DNA from: a virus
Virus record (IMG/VR): IMGVR_UViG_3300015371_000029
Span: 2,438 to 66,437 of that record
Length of the DNA stretch: 64,000 nt
Strand: one strand, 5' to 3'
The notes under the pieces were generated by a model. That model did not search any database and had not been told where the DNA came from. It worked only from the letters and a program-made list of their open reading frames with translations. Shown piece after piece: positions 28,091-38,396 of the stretch. The position numbers and the translations under genes were made by a program. How positions within the stretch are numbered: the stretch's first letter is position 1; every line of letters begins with the position of its first letter.

Positions 28091-28519
28091 ATGGCCAACG
28101 ATTGCATTCCGTTCTTCGAGCCAGGGCAGCATCCGACCGGCAAGGCAACCGCTGCAATCACCGGGAAGCGGTTCTTGCAGGTCTCGGGCAATCGCACCGG
28201 TGGCCCGTTGCTCGGAACCAACACCGAGAACCTCTACCAGGTTGCGCAGGCAGGGGCAGCAGGCACTGCCGGCGCCAACCGTGAGGTGATCGGCGTCGCA
28301 GCGTACGACGTGCCCAACGGAGGCACGGTCAAGATCATTCGGGGCGGCATCGTTCCGGTGACTGCCGCCGCTTCGCTGTCGGCGGGCGCTCGCGTCTCGA
28401 CCGACGCCACCGGCCAGGTGATTGCCTACACGGCAACCGCCGGCAACGTCCAGGTCGGCATCCTCATGGCCGACGTCACTTCGGGCAACGACGCAGAAGT
28501 TGCCTTGACGGGATTCTAG
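28091..28519 (+). CDS. capsid decoration/cement protein (DUF2190-like)
   Basis: Gly/Ala-rich, VIGVAAYD, GIVPVTAAASLSAGARV; just upstream of the capsid gene. Confidence 0.75.
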   Translation: MANDCIPFFEPGQHPTGKATAAITGKRFLQVSGNRTGGPLLGTNTENLYQVAQAGAAGTAGANREVIGVAAYDVPNGGTVKIIRGGIVPVTAAASLSAGARVSTDATGQVIAYTATAGNVQVGILMADVTSGNDAEVALTGF

Positions 28520-28531
28520 GAAGGAGGGAAA

Positions 28532-29503
28532 GTGAACAGCAAAAGGATCTTTGTTCCGGAACAGCCGGGGATCATTGCTTCGGATGGGATGATCGCCGCG
28601 CAGACGACGTACCCGAATCCCGTCGCGCATCCTCTCGGCCCGCCCACGATCTCAAGCACGACCTACTCGGTTGACATCGCGCTTCAGCAGCCGACGCGGG
28701 TCACGCGAACGATCATGGACTTGACGATGCAGCGGTTCTTCGCGGATCGCGTCTTCACGAACGCAGGTGGCGTGACCGGCGGCGCGGTGATCTACGACAT
28801 CGCGCTCACGAACGACATCTACCTGGAGCGCGACATCGGCAAGGTCGCCCCCGGCCAGGAGTTCCCGATTGTCACCAGCCTGAGGCGCGCACCCTCGGTG
28901 GCGGCAGTCGAGAAGTGGGGCGGCAAGTTCTTCATCACGGACGAGGCCCGCGACCGCAACGACGTGTCCGTCTACACCCGCCACATCCGGCAGCTCGCCA
29001 ACACCATCGTCCGCAAGATCAATCAGCGGGCGGTCGAGGTTCTGGATGCGGCGGTCTCGACGTACACCCGCACGGTCACGGGCAACAGCTGGGGATCGGT
29101 CGTCACTGCCGGCTCCAGCGCGTCCAATGCGACCGCTTGGCCGGGTCGCGACTTCGCCAAGGCGCAGTACCAGGCCGAGGTCGAGGAGTTGGGGATCGTG
29201 TACGACCTCTGGATCATGAATCCGGCGGAATACCTCAACCTCGCGACGATCTACGGCCAGTACCTCAACGATCTGCTCAGCTCCATCGGCGTCGATGTGT
29301 TCGTCACCAACCGCGTGACGGCTGGTACGGCCTACGTCGTCGCCTCCGGCCAGGTCGGGCAGATGCGCGTCGAGCAGCCGCTGGCCACGGAGACATGGCG
29401 GGACAGCGACGGCCGGCAGCAGACCTGGACGCAGAGCAGCGTTCGCCCGGTCATGTTCGTGGACAACCCGCCCGCAGTCCTCAAGTTCACGGGCCTCACA
29501 TAG
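28532..29503 (+). CDS. major capsid protein
   Basis: 323 aa; VAPGQEFP, KWGGKFFITDEARDRN; position. Confidence 0.85.
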   Translation: MNSKRIFVPEQPGIIASDGMIAAQTTYPNPVAHPLGPPTISSTTYSVDIALQQPTRVTRTIMDLTMQRFFADRVFTNAGGVTGGAVIYDIALTNDIYLERDIGKVAPGQEFPIVTSLRRAPSVAAVEKWGGKFFITDEARDRNDVSVYTRHIRQLANTIVRKINQRAVEVLDAAVSTYTRTVTGNSWGSVVTAGSSASNATAWPGRDFAKAQYQAEVEELGIVYDLWIMNPAEYLNLATIYGQYLNDLLSSIGVDVFVTNRVTAGTAYVVASGQVGQMRVEQPLATETWRDSDGRQQTWTQSSVRPVMFVDNPPAVLKFTGLT

Positions 29504-29515
29504 GAGGGGGTGCAC

Positions 29516-30016
29516 ATGGCATACGAAGTTGCAGAGGAGTTCAAGGGCCAGGAAGGCAAGGGCCGGATCGTCAAGCACCTGATCTTCACCGCGCAGATCG
29601 AAACGGAGAACCCGATGTTCCCCGGCACGAAGATGCGTTCCGAGAGGCTTTACCGCCTCAACGAAGAGGTGCCGGTCGAGGTGCTGGACGACTACAACCT
29701 CTCCAGGGGCGAGTCCCTGGGATCGTTCTACACCGACGAGGAGTTGGAGCAGGGCGTTCCGCAGGCCGCAGCACTGGAGACCGGCGTTGCCCAGATCGCG
29801 GAGGCGGGCAGCGGCGGCGATTTCTCCGAGATGGGGGAGGCCGAGCTGGCCGACTACCTCATCAAGAACAAGCCGACCGTCGATGAGACGGTTCGGATGG
29901 CCGGCAACGACCCGGACACCGCTCAGCGCCTCCTGGAGGCAGAGCACATCGCGACGGAGGACGAGCCTCGGGCTGGAGTCGTCAAGGGACTCAATGCCAT
30001 CATCGAGTCCGAGTGA
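29516..30016 (+). CDS. acidic head-associated protein
   Basis: Follows the capsid gene; C-terminal LLEAE..EPRAGVVKGL. Confidence 0.6.
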   Translation: MAYEVAEEFKGQEGKGRIVKHLIFTAQIETENPMFPGTKMRSERLYRLNEEVPVEVLDDYNLSRGESLGSFYTDEELEQGVPQAAALETGVAQIAEAGSGGDFSEMGEAELADYLIKNKPTVDETVRMAGNDPDTAQRLLEAEHIATEDEPRAGVVKGLNAIIESE

Positions 30017-30101
30017 GCAACTGAAGCATGAGGGCGACGGCCGAATTTGCTAGCCGCATCCCGGTCGTCGCCCTCGCCTCTTGAGAAGGAAGGAGCATCG
30101 G

Positions 30102-30470
30102 ATGGAGAGATACCAAGGTAGGCTCGTCGCCGATGGAAATGGCAACCTTCTGGCTGACGAAGGGCCAAGGAGGGGCGAGCCAGTCGCCTTTGACGAAGGG
30201 CAGTTCATCTTCGTTGCACCAGGCGAGCCGTCGCACAACGAGCGGCACCATCAGCAGTTCGCACAAATGGCGGGAACGGTGGACGAGTCGATGACCGACG
30301 ACCCGGATCTCGTCAACGTGAAAGATGGCGAGAATCTGCACCATTTCGAGGTGCAGCCGGACGATCCGCACTACGATGAAGACGCACCGAACCTGACGAG
30401 GCCAGTTCAGTTGCCGGATTCGGTCTCGGCAACGATCACCGGACACACGGAGGCGTACAAGAATGCATGA
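30102..30470 (+). CDS. hypothetical acidic protein
   Basis: AAGGAG RBS. Confidence 0.55.
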   Translation: MERYQGRLVADGNGNLLADEGPRRGEPVAFDEGQFIFVAPGEPSHNERHHQQFAQMAGTVDESMTDDPDLVNVKDGENLHHFEVQPDDPHYDEDAPNLTRPVQLPDSVSATITGHTEAYKNA

Positions 30471-31095
30471 AATCTGGACGCCCCAACTAGCGGTACCCGA
30501 AGGCGCGGGTGCCAAGATCATCATGCCAAGCTCGCCGCTGGTTCCCACTCGCGACGGCGCGGAGCTTTGGTGGAGCGACCTCGACAAGGACATCCGTCAG
30601 TGGATCGACAAGTTCTTCAAGTCGAGGGACGACCTGAAGCAGCGGGCCGTGCTGATGGCCGGTTCTCTGGCCTTTTGGTCGAGCCAGAAGATCCAGGACC
30701 TGCTCTGGGGAGCGACGGCGTACACGGCCATCACGCCGATGATCTTTCATCTGTACGCATCGGCCATCGATGACACGTTCAACGGCGCGACTGCCGGCAA
30801 GTCTGCGTACACGAGCTACGCCGCTCTGTCGCTCACCAACAACACCACAATCTTCGCAACCGGATCGGGAACGACGACCTACACCAAGACGTTCCCTTCC
30901 GACGCAGCGAAGTCCTGGCCGACCTCGACGGGCACCGGGACGAACAACACCATCACGTATCTGGGGATCCTCGACGGGAACATCGGCACGTCGGCCGACC
31001 ATGGCATGGCCTGGTGCACGGTCACATCCACTACGATCAACTCCGGCGACACTCCGCAGCTGGCCCAGAACGCCATCACGGTGGTGCAAGACTGA
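30463..31095 (+). CDS. virion structural protein (fibre-base/minor structural family)
   Basis: DLLWGATAYT...TITYLGILDG...STTINSGDTPQL pattern; precedes the long fibre gene. Confidence 0.6.
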   Translation: MHEIWTPQLAVPEGAGAKIIMPSSPLVPTRDGAELWWSDLDKDIRQWIDKFFKSRDDLKQRAVLMAGSLAFWSSQKIQDLLWGATAYTAITPMIFHLYASAIDDTFNGATAGKSAYTSYAALSLTNNTTIFATGSGTTTYTKTFPSDAAKSWPTSTGTGTNNTITYLGILDGNIGTSADHGMAWCTVTSTTINSGDTPQLAQNAITVVQD

Positions 31096-31409
31096 TGCCT
31101 GGTAAGCGGACAGGCACCCTGACGCTGGAGACTCCTGCTAGCGAGATCTCGTACGGGAGCACAATCCGCATTTCCTTCACGACCGAGAACGTTGACCTGC
31201 CGGCGACCTATGTCCGTTGCTACCAAAACGGCAAGCTCGTCTACGCTTCGGGCGGTTGGCCGCCGCAGGCCGAATTCACTCTCTCGTCGCAGGGCTACAC
31301 CGGCGGCGAGGCAGAGGGACATGCATCACTCGAAGTTGCCGATCCTGACCGGCGTGGAAAGACCAAGGTTCTCGACGAGGTGAACTTCCAAGTCAACGCG
31401 GCGAGCTAA
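31095..31409 (+). CDS. Ig-like hypothetical protein
   Basis: Beta-rich; TGATG coupling. Confidence 0.5.
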   Translation: MPGKRTGTLTLETPASEISYGSTIRISFTTENVDLPATYVRCYQNGKLVYASGGWPPQAEFTLSSQGYTGGEAEGHASLEVADPDRRGKTKVLDEVNFQVNAAS

Positions 31410-31669
31410 TGGCTCACATGGAGCAGCCGCTCGTACGGTCACTGGACGAGGCCGCAATTCACATCTCGTCTTTGGCCGTACGAGTGGGTGCTCTTGAGAA
31501 GGATGTATCGGATATGCTGCAAAGGTTCGATACGCTGGAGACTCCCCTTATGAAATTGCTTTGGTTTCGAGTTCAGGGCTGGCCTGGGCATCCGAAGCTG
31601 TTCGGTAAGGTGAGGCTCAACGCCGACCGTCCGAAATTACGTCCCTGGAGGCGTAAGCATGGCGACTAA
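31409..31669 (+). CDS. hypothetical protein
   Basis: Coupled ORF. Confidence 0.5.
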   Translation: MAHMEQPLVRSLDEAAIHISSLAVRVGALEKDVSDMLQRFDTLETPLMKLLWFRVQGWPGHPKLFGKVRLNADRPKLRPWRRKHGD

Positions 31670-34600
31670 GCTTTACACGCATACTCGCTTGTCGAACATT
31701 CCACCCGGCTCGACAATGGGCCGTGGTCGCAACGATGCCAGGGCAGACGGTACGGCGGTTGGCTGGAGCGTTATCCCGATGACCACTGTCATCAACGATG
31801 GCGCGAACGGCACCTTTCAAGCTCTGGGAAACGTCAACACCGTCACTGGCCCGACGAATGGCCTCGAAATTCTTCAGAGTGGCATTACGCAAATTGAATT
31901 TCTCTCGCCGCCGCTCGCCGCTGATGTGACAATCAGCGGAACAATTACATTTAACCTCTGGGGCCACGAGTTCAGTATGAACGACAATGCTGGCCCGCAG
32001 TGTATCATTGAGCGCGTCGATTCGACAGGCGCAATCGTGAGCACAGTTGCCAACAGCGAGAAGGGCACCGAGCTTCCGGTCACGACTGACGCTGTTCAGA
32101 ACTGGACTGCCACGCCGACGAGCACTACCTTCAATCGCGGCGACCGGATTCGTCTTCGCATCCTGATCAATGACGTTGGGGTAATGGCATCCGGCGGTAG
32201 CGGATCGTTCACGAACGATGCAACAACAACAGGTACTCAGGGCGATACTTGGATTCAGTTCACCGAGAACTTGACATTCGAGACGACTGCTCCTGCCGGG
32301 TCAACGCTGTATCTCACGGATACGAACTCTGATGTAACTGGTGCCAACCTGGAGAAAAAAGCGTTGACAACTCGCGGCTCTGGTTCAGTAGACGCTCCTA
32401 CCTCTAGCGTCGCTGGATGGACTGCGCCTGTAATTGCGACGGCCTCGGCGGGAGGAACACAGCTTGAGTGGTACACAGACCCGGTGACTGCATTCACCTT
32501 GGGAGGCATGGCGAAATTCAACATTCGTGCCAAATACGATGCCGGCCCGAATGCTCTCATTTGGTGTGAAATCGCCGTGGTCAACGGCGACGGTTCCGGG
32601 GCGGTTGTTTGGGGAACAGGGCTCCAGTATTCGGGCACTCTCGGGACAACGGACAGCGCGCAGATCGGCTACGTGGCAGGCGACGACATCGCGGTGACGA
32701 CTGGGCAGCGCATCCGCATCAGGATCGGCATAGACGACATCACCCAAGCGATGATCAGCGGCAAGACCATTACGTTTTCGTACAACGGCGGAACAGCCGC
32801 TGCCGCTGGTGACTCGTGGATTACACTTCCGCAGACAATTACGATAAGCGGGCCTGGGCCGAAGGCAATTACGCCGGCACAGGTTTCGGCCTTCTCGACT
32901 CTTGTCGGGGCGATTCGTCGTCTCGCCGCAATTATCACAGGGCAGATTGCGGCAACTTCGACCGTCTCGGGCGGCGGTTATCGCGTACTCACACCAATCA
33001 CCCCCACTACCAATATTCTGGCGACATCTTCGGTCGCAGGATCAATTGTCCGGCTTCGTGTCGTTACGCTCGCTCCTGCGTCAATCTCTGCAACTTCAAC
33101 AATGTCAGGTAGTGTCCGTGTTTCCCGCGCCATCAAACCAGCACAAGTTTCTGCGACCAGCACGATGTCGGGCTCGACTCGGGCCACTCGCGCCGTAGTC
33201 CCGGCCCAAATCGGAGCTACTTCTGCTGTCAGCGGTTCCGTTCGCGCAACGCGGCGGATAACCCCAGCGTCGATTACCGCTGCCACAACGGTGACTGGCG
33301 TTGTAACCCCTATTCGCCGCGTTGCGCCGACGACAATTTCTGCAGCATCGACGGTCAGCGGAGCCGTCACCAAGGGCGGGGGAGTAAAACAGCTTCTTCC
33401 TGGGGCGATCTCCGCTAGCTCAACTGTTTCTGGGTCTGTGGGCGTCCGCAGGATCCTCGTTCCGGCGTCAGTCGCGGCCACGGCATCTGTCTCTGGAACC
33501 GTAAGGATCCTGCGGGCCATCTTGCCTGGGCAGGTCAGCGCGACAAGTACGGTCGCGGGAAGTCTCCGTGTTACCCGTCGCATCATACCTGCCCAGGTAG
33601 CGGCTACATCAACGGTCTCAGGCGTCGTGACGAGGATTGGCGCAACACGCCTGATCTCCGGCACACTCAGCGCAACATCGACAGTTTCCGGACAAGTATC
33701 CACGATCCGCAAGGTTGCTGGCGTAGTCGCGGCCACAGCTACGGTTAGTGGTTCGCTCACGAGAATTGTTCGTCCATCCGCAGGGACGATAAATGCGACG
33801 ACCATACTGAGCGGCTCAATTAGAGTCACACGGGCTGTTCTGCCGGCGCAAATTCTCGCGACCACATCCGTTACTGGCGCAGTCCGCATACTGCGCAAGA
33901 TTGCGCCAGCAACAATTTCCGCCACATCCGTCGTCTCCGGAAATCTCTTCAAGCTCGGGCAGAAGCCGATCATAGGCGCGAATGTTCAGGCGATCAGCAC
34001 GGTCGCAGGAAACATCCGCGTCACGCGCCGTATCAGCGGACAGATCAACGCTACTTCATCTGTCGTCGGAACGGTAACGAAGCGGGCAAGAGTTGCTGGG
34101 GTAATTCAGGCCACGGCTACGGTCTCGGGATCTGTCCGCATCCTTCGCGGCGTCCTGCCAGCTCTGATCCAGGCAGCCTCGACCGTTACTGGATCCACAA
34201 GGGTCACCCGGAAGATTTCCGGAGCTGTAGTGGCGACCTCGGCGGTATCCGGCTCAATCATTCGTTCGGGAAAGATCACCGGAACAATTACTGCGACTTC
34301 GACGGTTGCGGGGACGATTCGGCCGTTGCGCGGAATCTTCCCGGCGACCATCCTGGCCTCTTCGACGGTCAGCGGCAAGGTCGTTCGTCGCATCTCTATT
34401 GCTCCCTCTCTCATCAACTCTACTTCTACCTTGAGCGGAAGAGTTGTAGTTGTCAGGAGGATTGTTCCGGGACTGATTAACTCTACAACGACTCTAAGCG
34501 GAAGGATTGTAGTCGTTCGGAGAGTTGTTGCGAGTCTGATCAGCTCCACGACGATCATCTTCGGAGCGGTCGGGGTGCGTCGGGGCATCGCCGGGAATAT

Positions 34601-34895
34601 CCTCGCCACCTCAACTGTCACAGGGTTGGTGCAGCTAACAGGAATCGCTCGGATCGTGCCCTCGCCAGTCTTCGCGACCAGTGTAGTGTCCGGGTCAGTT
34701 TTCCGATATACTCCGACCGTCACCTACAGCCATGCCGGCACGGGAACGATCTTCGACCGTGTTGCGACGGGAGCGGCGTTGGTCGGATCCGGCAACATTA
34801 TGGTTGGCACTTCGGGGACAACCTCTGGTGATGGGAACAACGGTGTGACTGATCCAGGCGAAGTCATGTCCGGAAAGACAGGAGTGATCTCTTGA
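31659..34895 (+). CDS. 1078-aa fibre-like structural protein with long ~20-22 aa repeats
   Basis: Two related N-terminal beta domains, then tandem repeats like IxPAxIxATSTVSGxVRxxR. Confidence 0.75.
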   Translation: MATKLYTHTRLSNIPPGSTMGRGRNDARADGTAVGWSVIPMTTVINDGANGTFQALGNVNTVTGPTNGLEILQSGITQIEFLSPPLAADVTISGTITFNLWGHEFSMNDNAGPQCIIERVDSTGAIVSTVANSEKGTELPVTTDAVQNWTATPTSTTFNRGDRIRLRILINDVGVMASGGSGSFTNDATTTGTQGDTWIQFTENLTFETTAPAGSTLYLTDTNSDVTGANLEKKALTTRGSGSVDAPTSSVAGWTAPVIATASAGGTQLEWYTDPVTAFTLGGMAKFNIRAKYDAGPNALIWCEIAVVNGDGSGAVVWGTGLQYSGTLGTTDSAQIGYVAGDDIAVTTGQRIRIRIGIDDITQAMISGKTITFSYNGGTAAAAGDSWITLPQTITISGPGPKAITPAQVSAFSTLVGAIRRLAAIITGQIAATSTVSGGGYRVLTPITPTTNILATSSVAGSIVRLRVVTLAPASISATSTMSGSVRVSRAIKPAQVSATSTMSGSTRATRAVVPAQIGATSAVSGSVRATRRITPASITAATTVTGVVTPIRRVAPTTISAASTVSGAVTKGGGVKQLLPGAISASSTVSGSVGVRRILVPASVAATASVSGTVRILRAILPGQVSATSTVAGSLRVTRRIIPAQVAATSTVSGVVTRIGATRLISGTLSATSTVSGQVSTIRKVAGVVAATATVSGSLTRIVRPSAGTINATTILSGSIRVTRAVLPAQILATTSVTGAVRILRKIAPATISATSVVSGNLFKLGQKPIIGANVQAISTVAGNIRVTRRISGQINATSSVVGTVTKRARVAGVIQATATVSGSVRILRGVLPALIQAASTVTGSTRVTRKISGAVVATSAVSGSIIRSGKITGTITATSTVAGTIRPLRGIFPATILASSTVSGKVVRRISIAPSLINSTSTLSGRVVVVRRIVPGLINSTTTLSGRIVVVRRVVASLISSTTIIFGAVGVRRGIAGNILATSTVTGLVQLTGIARIVPSPVFATSVVSGSVFRYTPTVTYSHAGTGTIFDRVATGAALVGSGNIMVGTSGTTSGDGNNGVTDPGEVMSGKTGVIS

Positions 34896-35629
34896 CATAC
34901 GTCGTTACCTTTTCAGACTACGAGCCAACACCTCGCTTTGACGATGTTCCCTGGACAACCCTTCGGATCGAGGAGTCAGCCCTTTTCGACGGACCTTGGA
35001 CGGAGATCGACACCGTTATCCTTCAGCCGACTGATCCGGATCCTGAGCATCCGATGTCAAGATCATTCACGACCGATGCCGCCACTCTCCAGAATGGCTG
35101 GTATCGAGTCTCCTTCATCGATGACTTGGGGAATGTTCTATACACAGATCCGATCTTCAACCGTGCCGGCGGCAGGGATCAGAACTACTTTCCGACGGTT
35201 CGAAACGTGGGCTCGAAGCTCATGTCACGGACGAAAGATCAATTCGGGAATCTCTGCGGAACCTTCACTACCGAAACAACGCCGACGAATGATCAAGTCG
35301 AGTCTGTGATCGAGGGCATCATCACGGAAATAGCCGACGTGATTGGAGATAAGGTGCCCGAGGAGCTAATCGATGATGCGCAGAACGTGACTGCGCTCCG
35401 GGCAGCGATGCAGATAGAGCTGGACTTCTTCTCTGATCAGGTCAACACCGGACGTTCGATCTATCCGCAGTTGAAGGATCAGTACGATCTTGCCCTGAAG
35501 AATCTCTCGGTCGCCGTCAATGAGTACGGGACAGGCGACGGCGATGTTCAGGCAGCCGGGACAGGTGGCAATCCCGAGTTTTCCTTCCCGCCGATCTACT
35601 ACCCGCCCTGGTACGAAGTCACCGAATGA
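34892..35629 (+). CDS. head-tail adaptor-like protein
   Basis: Position; TTPTNDQVESVI. Confidence 0.6.
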   Translation: MTYVVTFSDYEPTPRFDDVPWTTLRIEESALFDGPWTEIDTVILQPTDPDPEHPMSRSFTTDAATLQNGWYRVSFIDDLGNVLYTDPIFNRAGGRDQNYFPTVRNVGSKLMSRTKDQFGNLCGTFTTETTPTNDQVESVIEGIITEIADVIGDKVPEELIDDAQNVTALRAAMQIELDFFSDQVNTGRSIYPQLKDQYDLALKNLSVAVNEYGTGDGDVQAAGTGGNPEFSFPPIYYPPWYEVTE

Positions 35630-36081
35630 GAATCATCATCAATTCGAAGGGATTCGGCCGCGTTGATCTGAAGTTCACGCGCCTGAGCGAGGCTGCGATT
35701 GATGCGCGGCCAGCGATGATAGAGGTCGCAAAGCTGATGTTGGAGATCATCCGAAAGAATTTCGAGAGCGGTGGTCGGCGCGGCGGCGGATCCTGGGCCC
35801 AGGATTCAGCTGCTTGGACGGAACGCAAAATCGAGGAGGGAATGGATCCTCGTGTCGGTTTCTACACCGGCAGGCTCTACGGATCATTTGCGAGGCCGCG
35901 TGCTAAGAACCAAATCTGGGATGTCGGACCACACCACATCGTTCTCGGATCGCGCCTGCCCTATGCCCGTACAGCAGACAAGCATAGGCCGTACATGAAG
36001 TTCACGCAGACGGATCGCCTCGCGATGCGCGGAATCATCAAGGAATACTTCAAGTTGGCCTGGAGGGAGGGAGGCCTGTGA
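35626..36081 (+). CDS. virion morphogenesis (neck) protein
   Basis: RKNFESGGR...W, TGRLYGSF, GSRLPYA, RPYM. Confidence 0.7.
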   Translation: MRIIINSKGFGRVDLKFTRLSEAAIDARPAMIEVAKLMLEIIRKNFESGGRRGGGSWAQDSAAWTERKIEEGMDPRVGFYTGRLYGSFARPRAKNQIWDVGPHHIVLGSRLPYARTADKHRPYMKFTQTDRLAMRGIIKEYFKLAWREGGL

Positions 36082-36731
36082 GCGTGATCGAGACTCAGCC
36101 GTCTATCTTTGGCGCCATCGAAATCGCCGACCAGCTTGAGCAAGCAGTGGTCGATACCCTCAGCCTCTGGTTCAAGACGTACTTGACGGAGTACGAGCTT
36201 CAGGCCGGTCTGATCACTGACAAGTACGAAGATCTGAAGCACCCGACGCCGCGCTCCTATCTGAAGGCAAATCAGGTAGATCAAAGTTCGTATGAAGCGA
36301 TGCCTAGCATCGTAGTGGTGAGCCCTGGTCTTAGCCCTCGAAATGCGCCGAAGGCGGAAGGAGATGGAACCTATCGCGTCTTCTGGAACATTGGGGTCGG
36401 GGCCTTCGCGAGCGCAAACACACGGAAGGACACGCTGAAGCTCATCCGTGTCTACGCGGCCATCATTCGTACAATCATGCTTCAAAAACAAGGTCTAGGA
36501 GGGTATGCCGATGGCACAACGTGGCTAGATGAAAGCTACGACAATGACTTCGGGTTCGCTGATGATCAGACGATCAGCGCATGCCAGGTGGCATTCGACA
36601 TCGAAGTGGCTGGCGTTGTGTCTCGGTACGGCGGGCCTGCTGCTGTGCTGCCAGATCCAGATATGCCGGGGAGTCACTGGCCGCAAGTTCTCACCCACGA
36701 AGAGATCGTGGAGATCGAGGAGGAGCAATGA
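36078..36731 (+). CDS. tail terminator-like protein
   Basis: Position before the sheath; MPSIVVVSPG. Confidence 0.55.
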   Translation: MSVIETQPSIFGAIEIADQLEQAVVDTLSLWFKTYLTEYELQAGLITDKYEDLKHPTPRSYLKANQVDQSSYEAMPSIVVVSPGLSPRNAPKAEGDGTYRVFWNIGVGAFASANTRKDTLKLIRVYAAIIRTIMLQKQGLGGYADGTTWLDESYDNDFGFADDQTISACQVAFDIEVAGVVSRYGGPAAVLPDPDMPGSHWPQVLTHEEIVEIEEEQ

Positions 36732-36952
36732 CGAAAGGTGCAGGGAAGTACAAGTACGTCGGGAATCATGTGGGCGATCTCGACAGCGGCCAGATGCTGG
36801 AGGTTGGCGAAGAGGTCGAGCTGACCCCGGAACAGGCCCAGGCTCCGCTTGCCCAAGCAATGCTGGACGAGGGCCTTTTGATCGAGGCTGAGACGCCAGC
36901 GCCCGCAGAATCAAGCAAGTCAAAGTCGAAGAGCACGAGAGAGGAGGGGTAG
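36728..36952 (+). CDS. small hypothetical protein
   Basis: ATGA overlap; typical pre-sheath gene. Confidence 0.55.
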   Translation: MTKGAGKYKYVGNHVGDLDSGQMLEVGEEVELTPEQAQAPLAQAMLDEGLLIEAETPAPAESSKSKSKSTREEG

Positions 36953-36956
36953 ATAA

Positions 36957-38396
36957 ATGGCGCGTCCAGGAGTAACTGTCTCTGTCCAGACTGCGCCGCA
37001 GCCTGCGTCGTCGCCAACCGATGCCGGCGTTGCGTTCATGGCGGGTTTGTGCGACGCAGGCCCGGCGACGATCCCTCAGGAGGTCTTCAGCCTGACGGAT
37101 TTCGTGAGCAAGTGCGGCGACCGCGTGTCATACAGCAGTCTCTACGACTGCGTTGATGCGTATTTCCGTGAAGGCGGGAACAGCGCCTTCATCGCAAGGG
37201 TGGTCGGGCCAGCCCCCGTGATCGCCACCAAGAACCTGAACACGGCCACGGCGACGGTTTCTTTGATCGTCAGCGCGCTCGGGCCGGGAACGTACGGGAA
37301 CAACATTCAAGTCGCTGTGCTTGCAGGCCTTAGCTCCGGCTACCGCCTTCAGGTCACCTACAACAGCGTCATTGTCGAGACCTCGCCGGACTTGACGACG
37401 CAGCAGGACGCCGTAGCATGGGCGAACGGGAACAGCGACTACATCACAGTCGCAATCGGCGCTGGTACCGGGCCTCCGCAGGTCGCTGCCGCCGCTGCTC
37501 TTGCGAATGGCGCCGACGACCGAACCAACATCACCGATGCTCAGTGGCTGACCGCCCTCAACCTTTTCACGAAGGATCTCGGGCCGGGGCAGGTCTTGGC
37601 TCCGGGCCGGACAAGCGATCCGGGGCACTTGCAGCTTACTGCGCACGCGCAGGCGAACGGTCGCGTGGCGTTGCTGGATCTGCCCGACTCGGCCACGAAG
37701 GCAACGTTGCTCGCATCGACTTCTCCGGCGACGGGCGGCAACGGGCAGTACGGCGCTGCGTTCGCTCCCTGGGTTGTGATCCCCGGCGTCGTCGCCAATA
37801 CGACCAGGATCGTGCCGCCTTCGGCTGTCATGGCCGGGGTGATCGCTCGGAACGACGCGGCGACCAATCCGAACACTCCGGCAGCTGGTGATCGCGGTCA
37901 GCTTCAGTTCGCGGTCGGTCTCAGCCAGGTGCCCTGGGACGACACCACCCGTCAAGATCTGAACACCGGCGGCGTGAACGTCATCCGGAGCATGTTCGAC
38001 GGATTCCGGAACTACGGCTATCGTTCGCTGGCCAATCCGGTCAGCAACGCGGCCTGGCTCGACTTCAGCAACGTCCGCTACCTGATGTGGCTCGCTGCTC
38101 GCTGTTACAACGTGGGCGAGAGCTTCGTCTTCGATGTGATCGATGGGCAGGGCCAGACAATCTCCGCGTACGCTGGTTCGCTCGCTGCCCTCTGCCTCGC
38201 GGACTACAACGCCGGCATCATCTACGGCGCGACCTCGGGCGAAGCGTTCAACGTCGATGTCGGGCCTGCCGTAAACACACCCGCGACGATTGCCGACAAT
38301 CAGCTCCGGGCAGTCGTGGCTGTCAAGCCGTCACCGTTCGCGGAGCTGGTCTCCATTCTGATCGTGAACGTTCCGATCACAGGGAAAGTCTCCTGA
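36957..38396 (+). CDS. tail sheath protein
   Basis: MARPGVTV, AYFREGG, RVALLDLP, VPPSAVMAGVIARND, GVNVIR, AVKPSPFAE. Confidence 0.92.
   Translation: MARPGVTVSVQTAPQPASSPTDAGVAFMAGLCDAGPATIPQEVFSLTDFVSKCGDRVSYSSLYDCVDAYFREGGNSAFIARVVGPAPVIATKNLNTATATVSLIVSALGPGTYGNNIQVAVLAGLSSGYRLQVTYNSVIVETSPDLTTQQDAVAWANGNSDYITVAIGAGTGPPQVAAAAALANGADDRTNITDAQWLTALNLFTKDLGPGQVLAPGRTSDPGHLQLTAHAQANGRVALLDLPDSATKATLLASTSPATGGNGQYGAAFAPWVVIPGVVANTTRIVPPSAVMAGVIARNDAATNPNTPAAGDRGQLQFAVGLSQVPWDDTTRQDLNTGGVNVIRSMFDGFRNYGYRSLANPVSNAAWLDFSNVRYLMWLAARCYNVGESFVFDVIDGQGQTISAYAGSLAALCLADYNAGIIYGATSGEAFNVDVGPAVNTPATIADNQLRAVVAVKPSPFAELVSILIVNVPITGKVS

Noticed and set aside
27428-29947. Long antisense ORFs (400 and 431 aa)
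   Set aside because: Shadow frames of GC-biased capsid-module genes
32978-34723. Antisense repetitive ORFs (331 and 205 aa)
   Set aside because: Shadows of the repeat fibre gene
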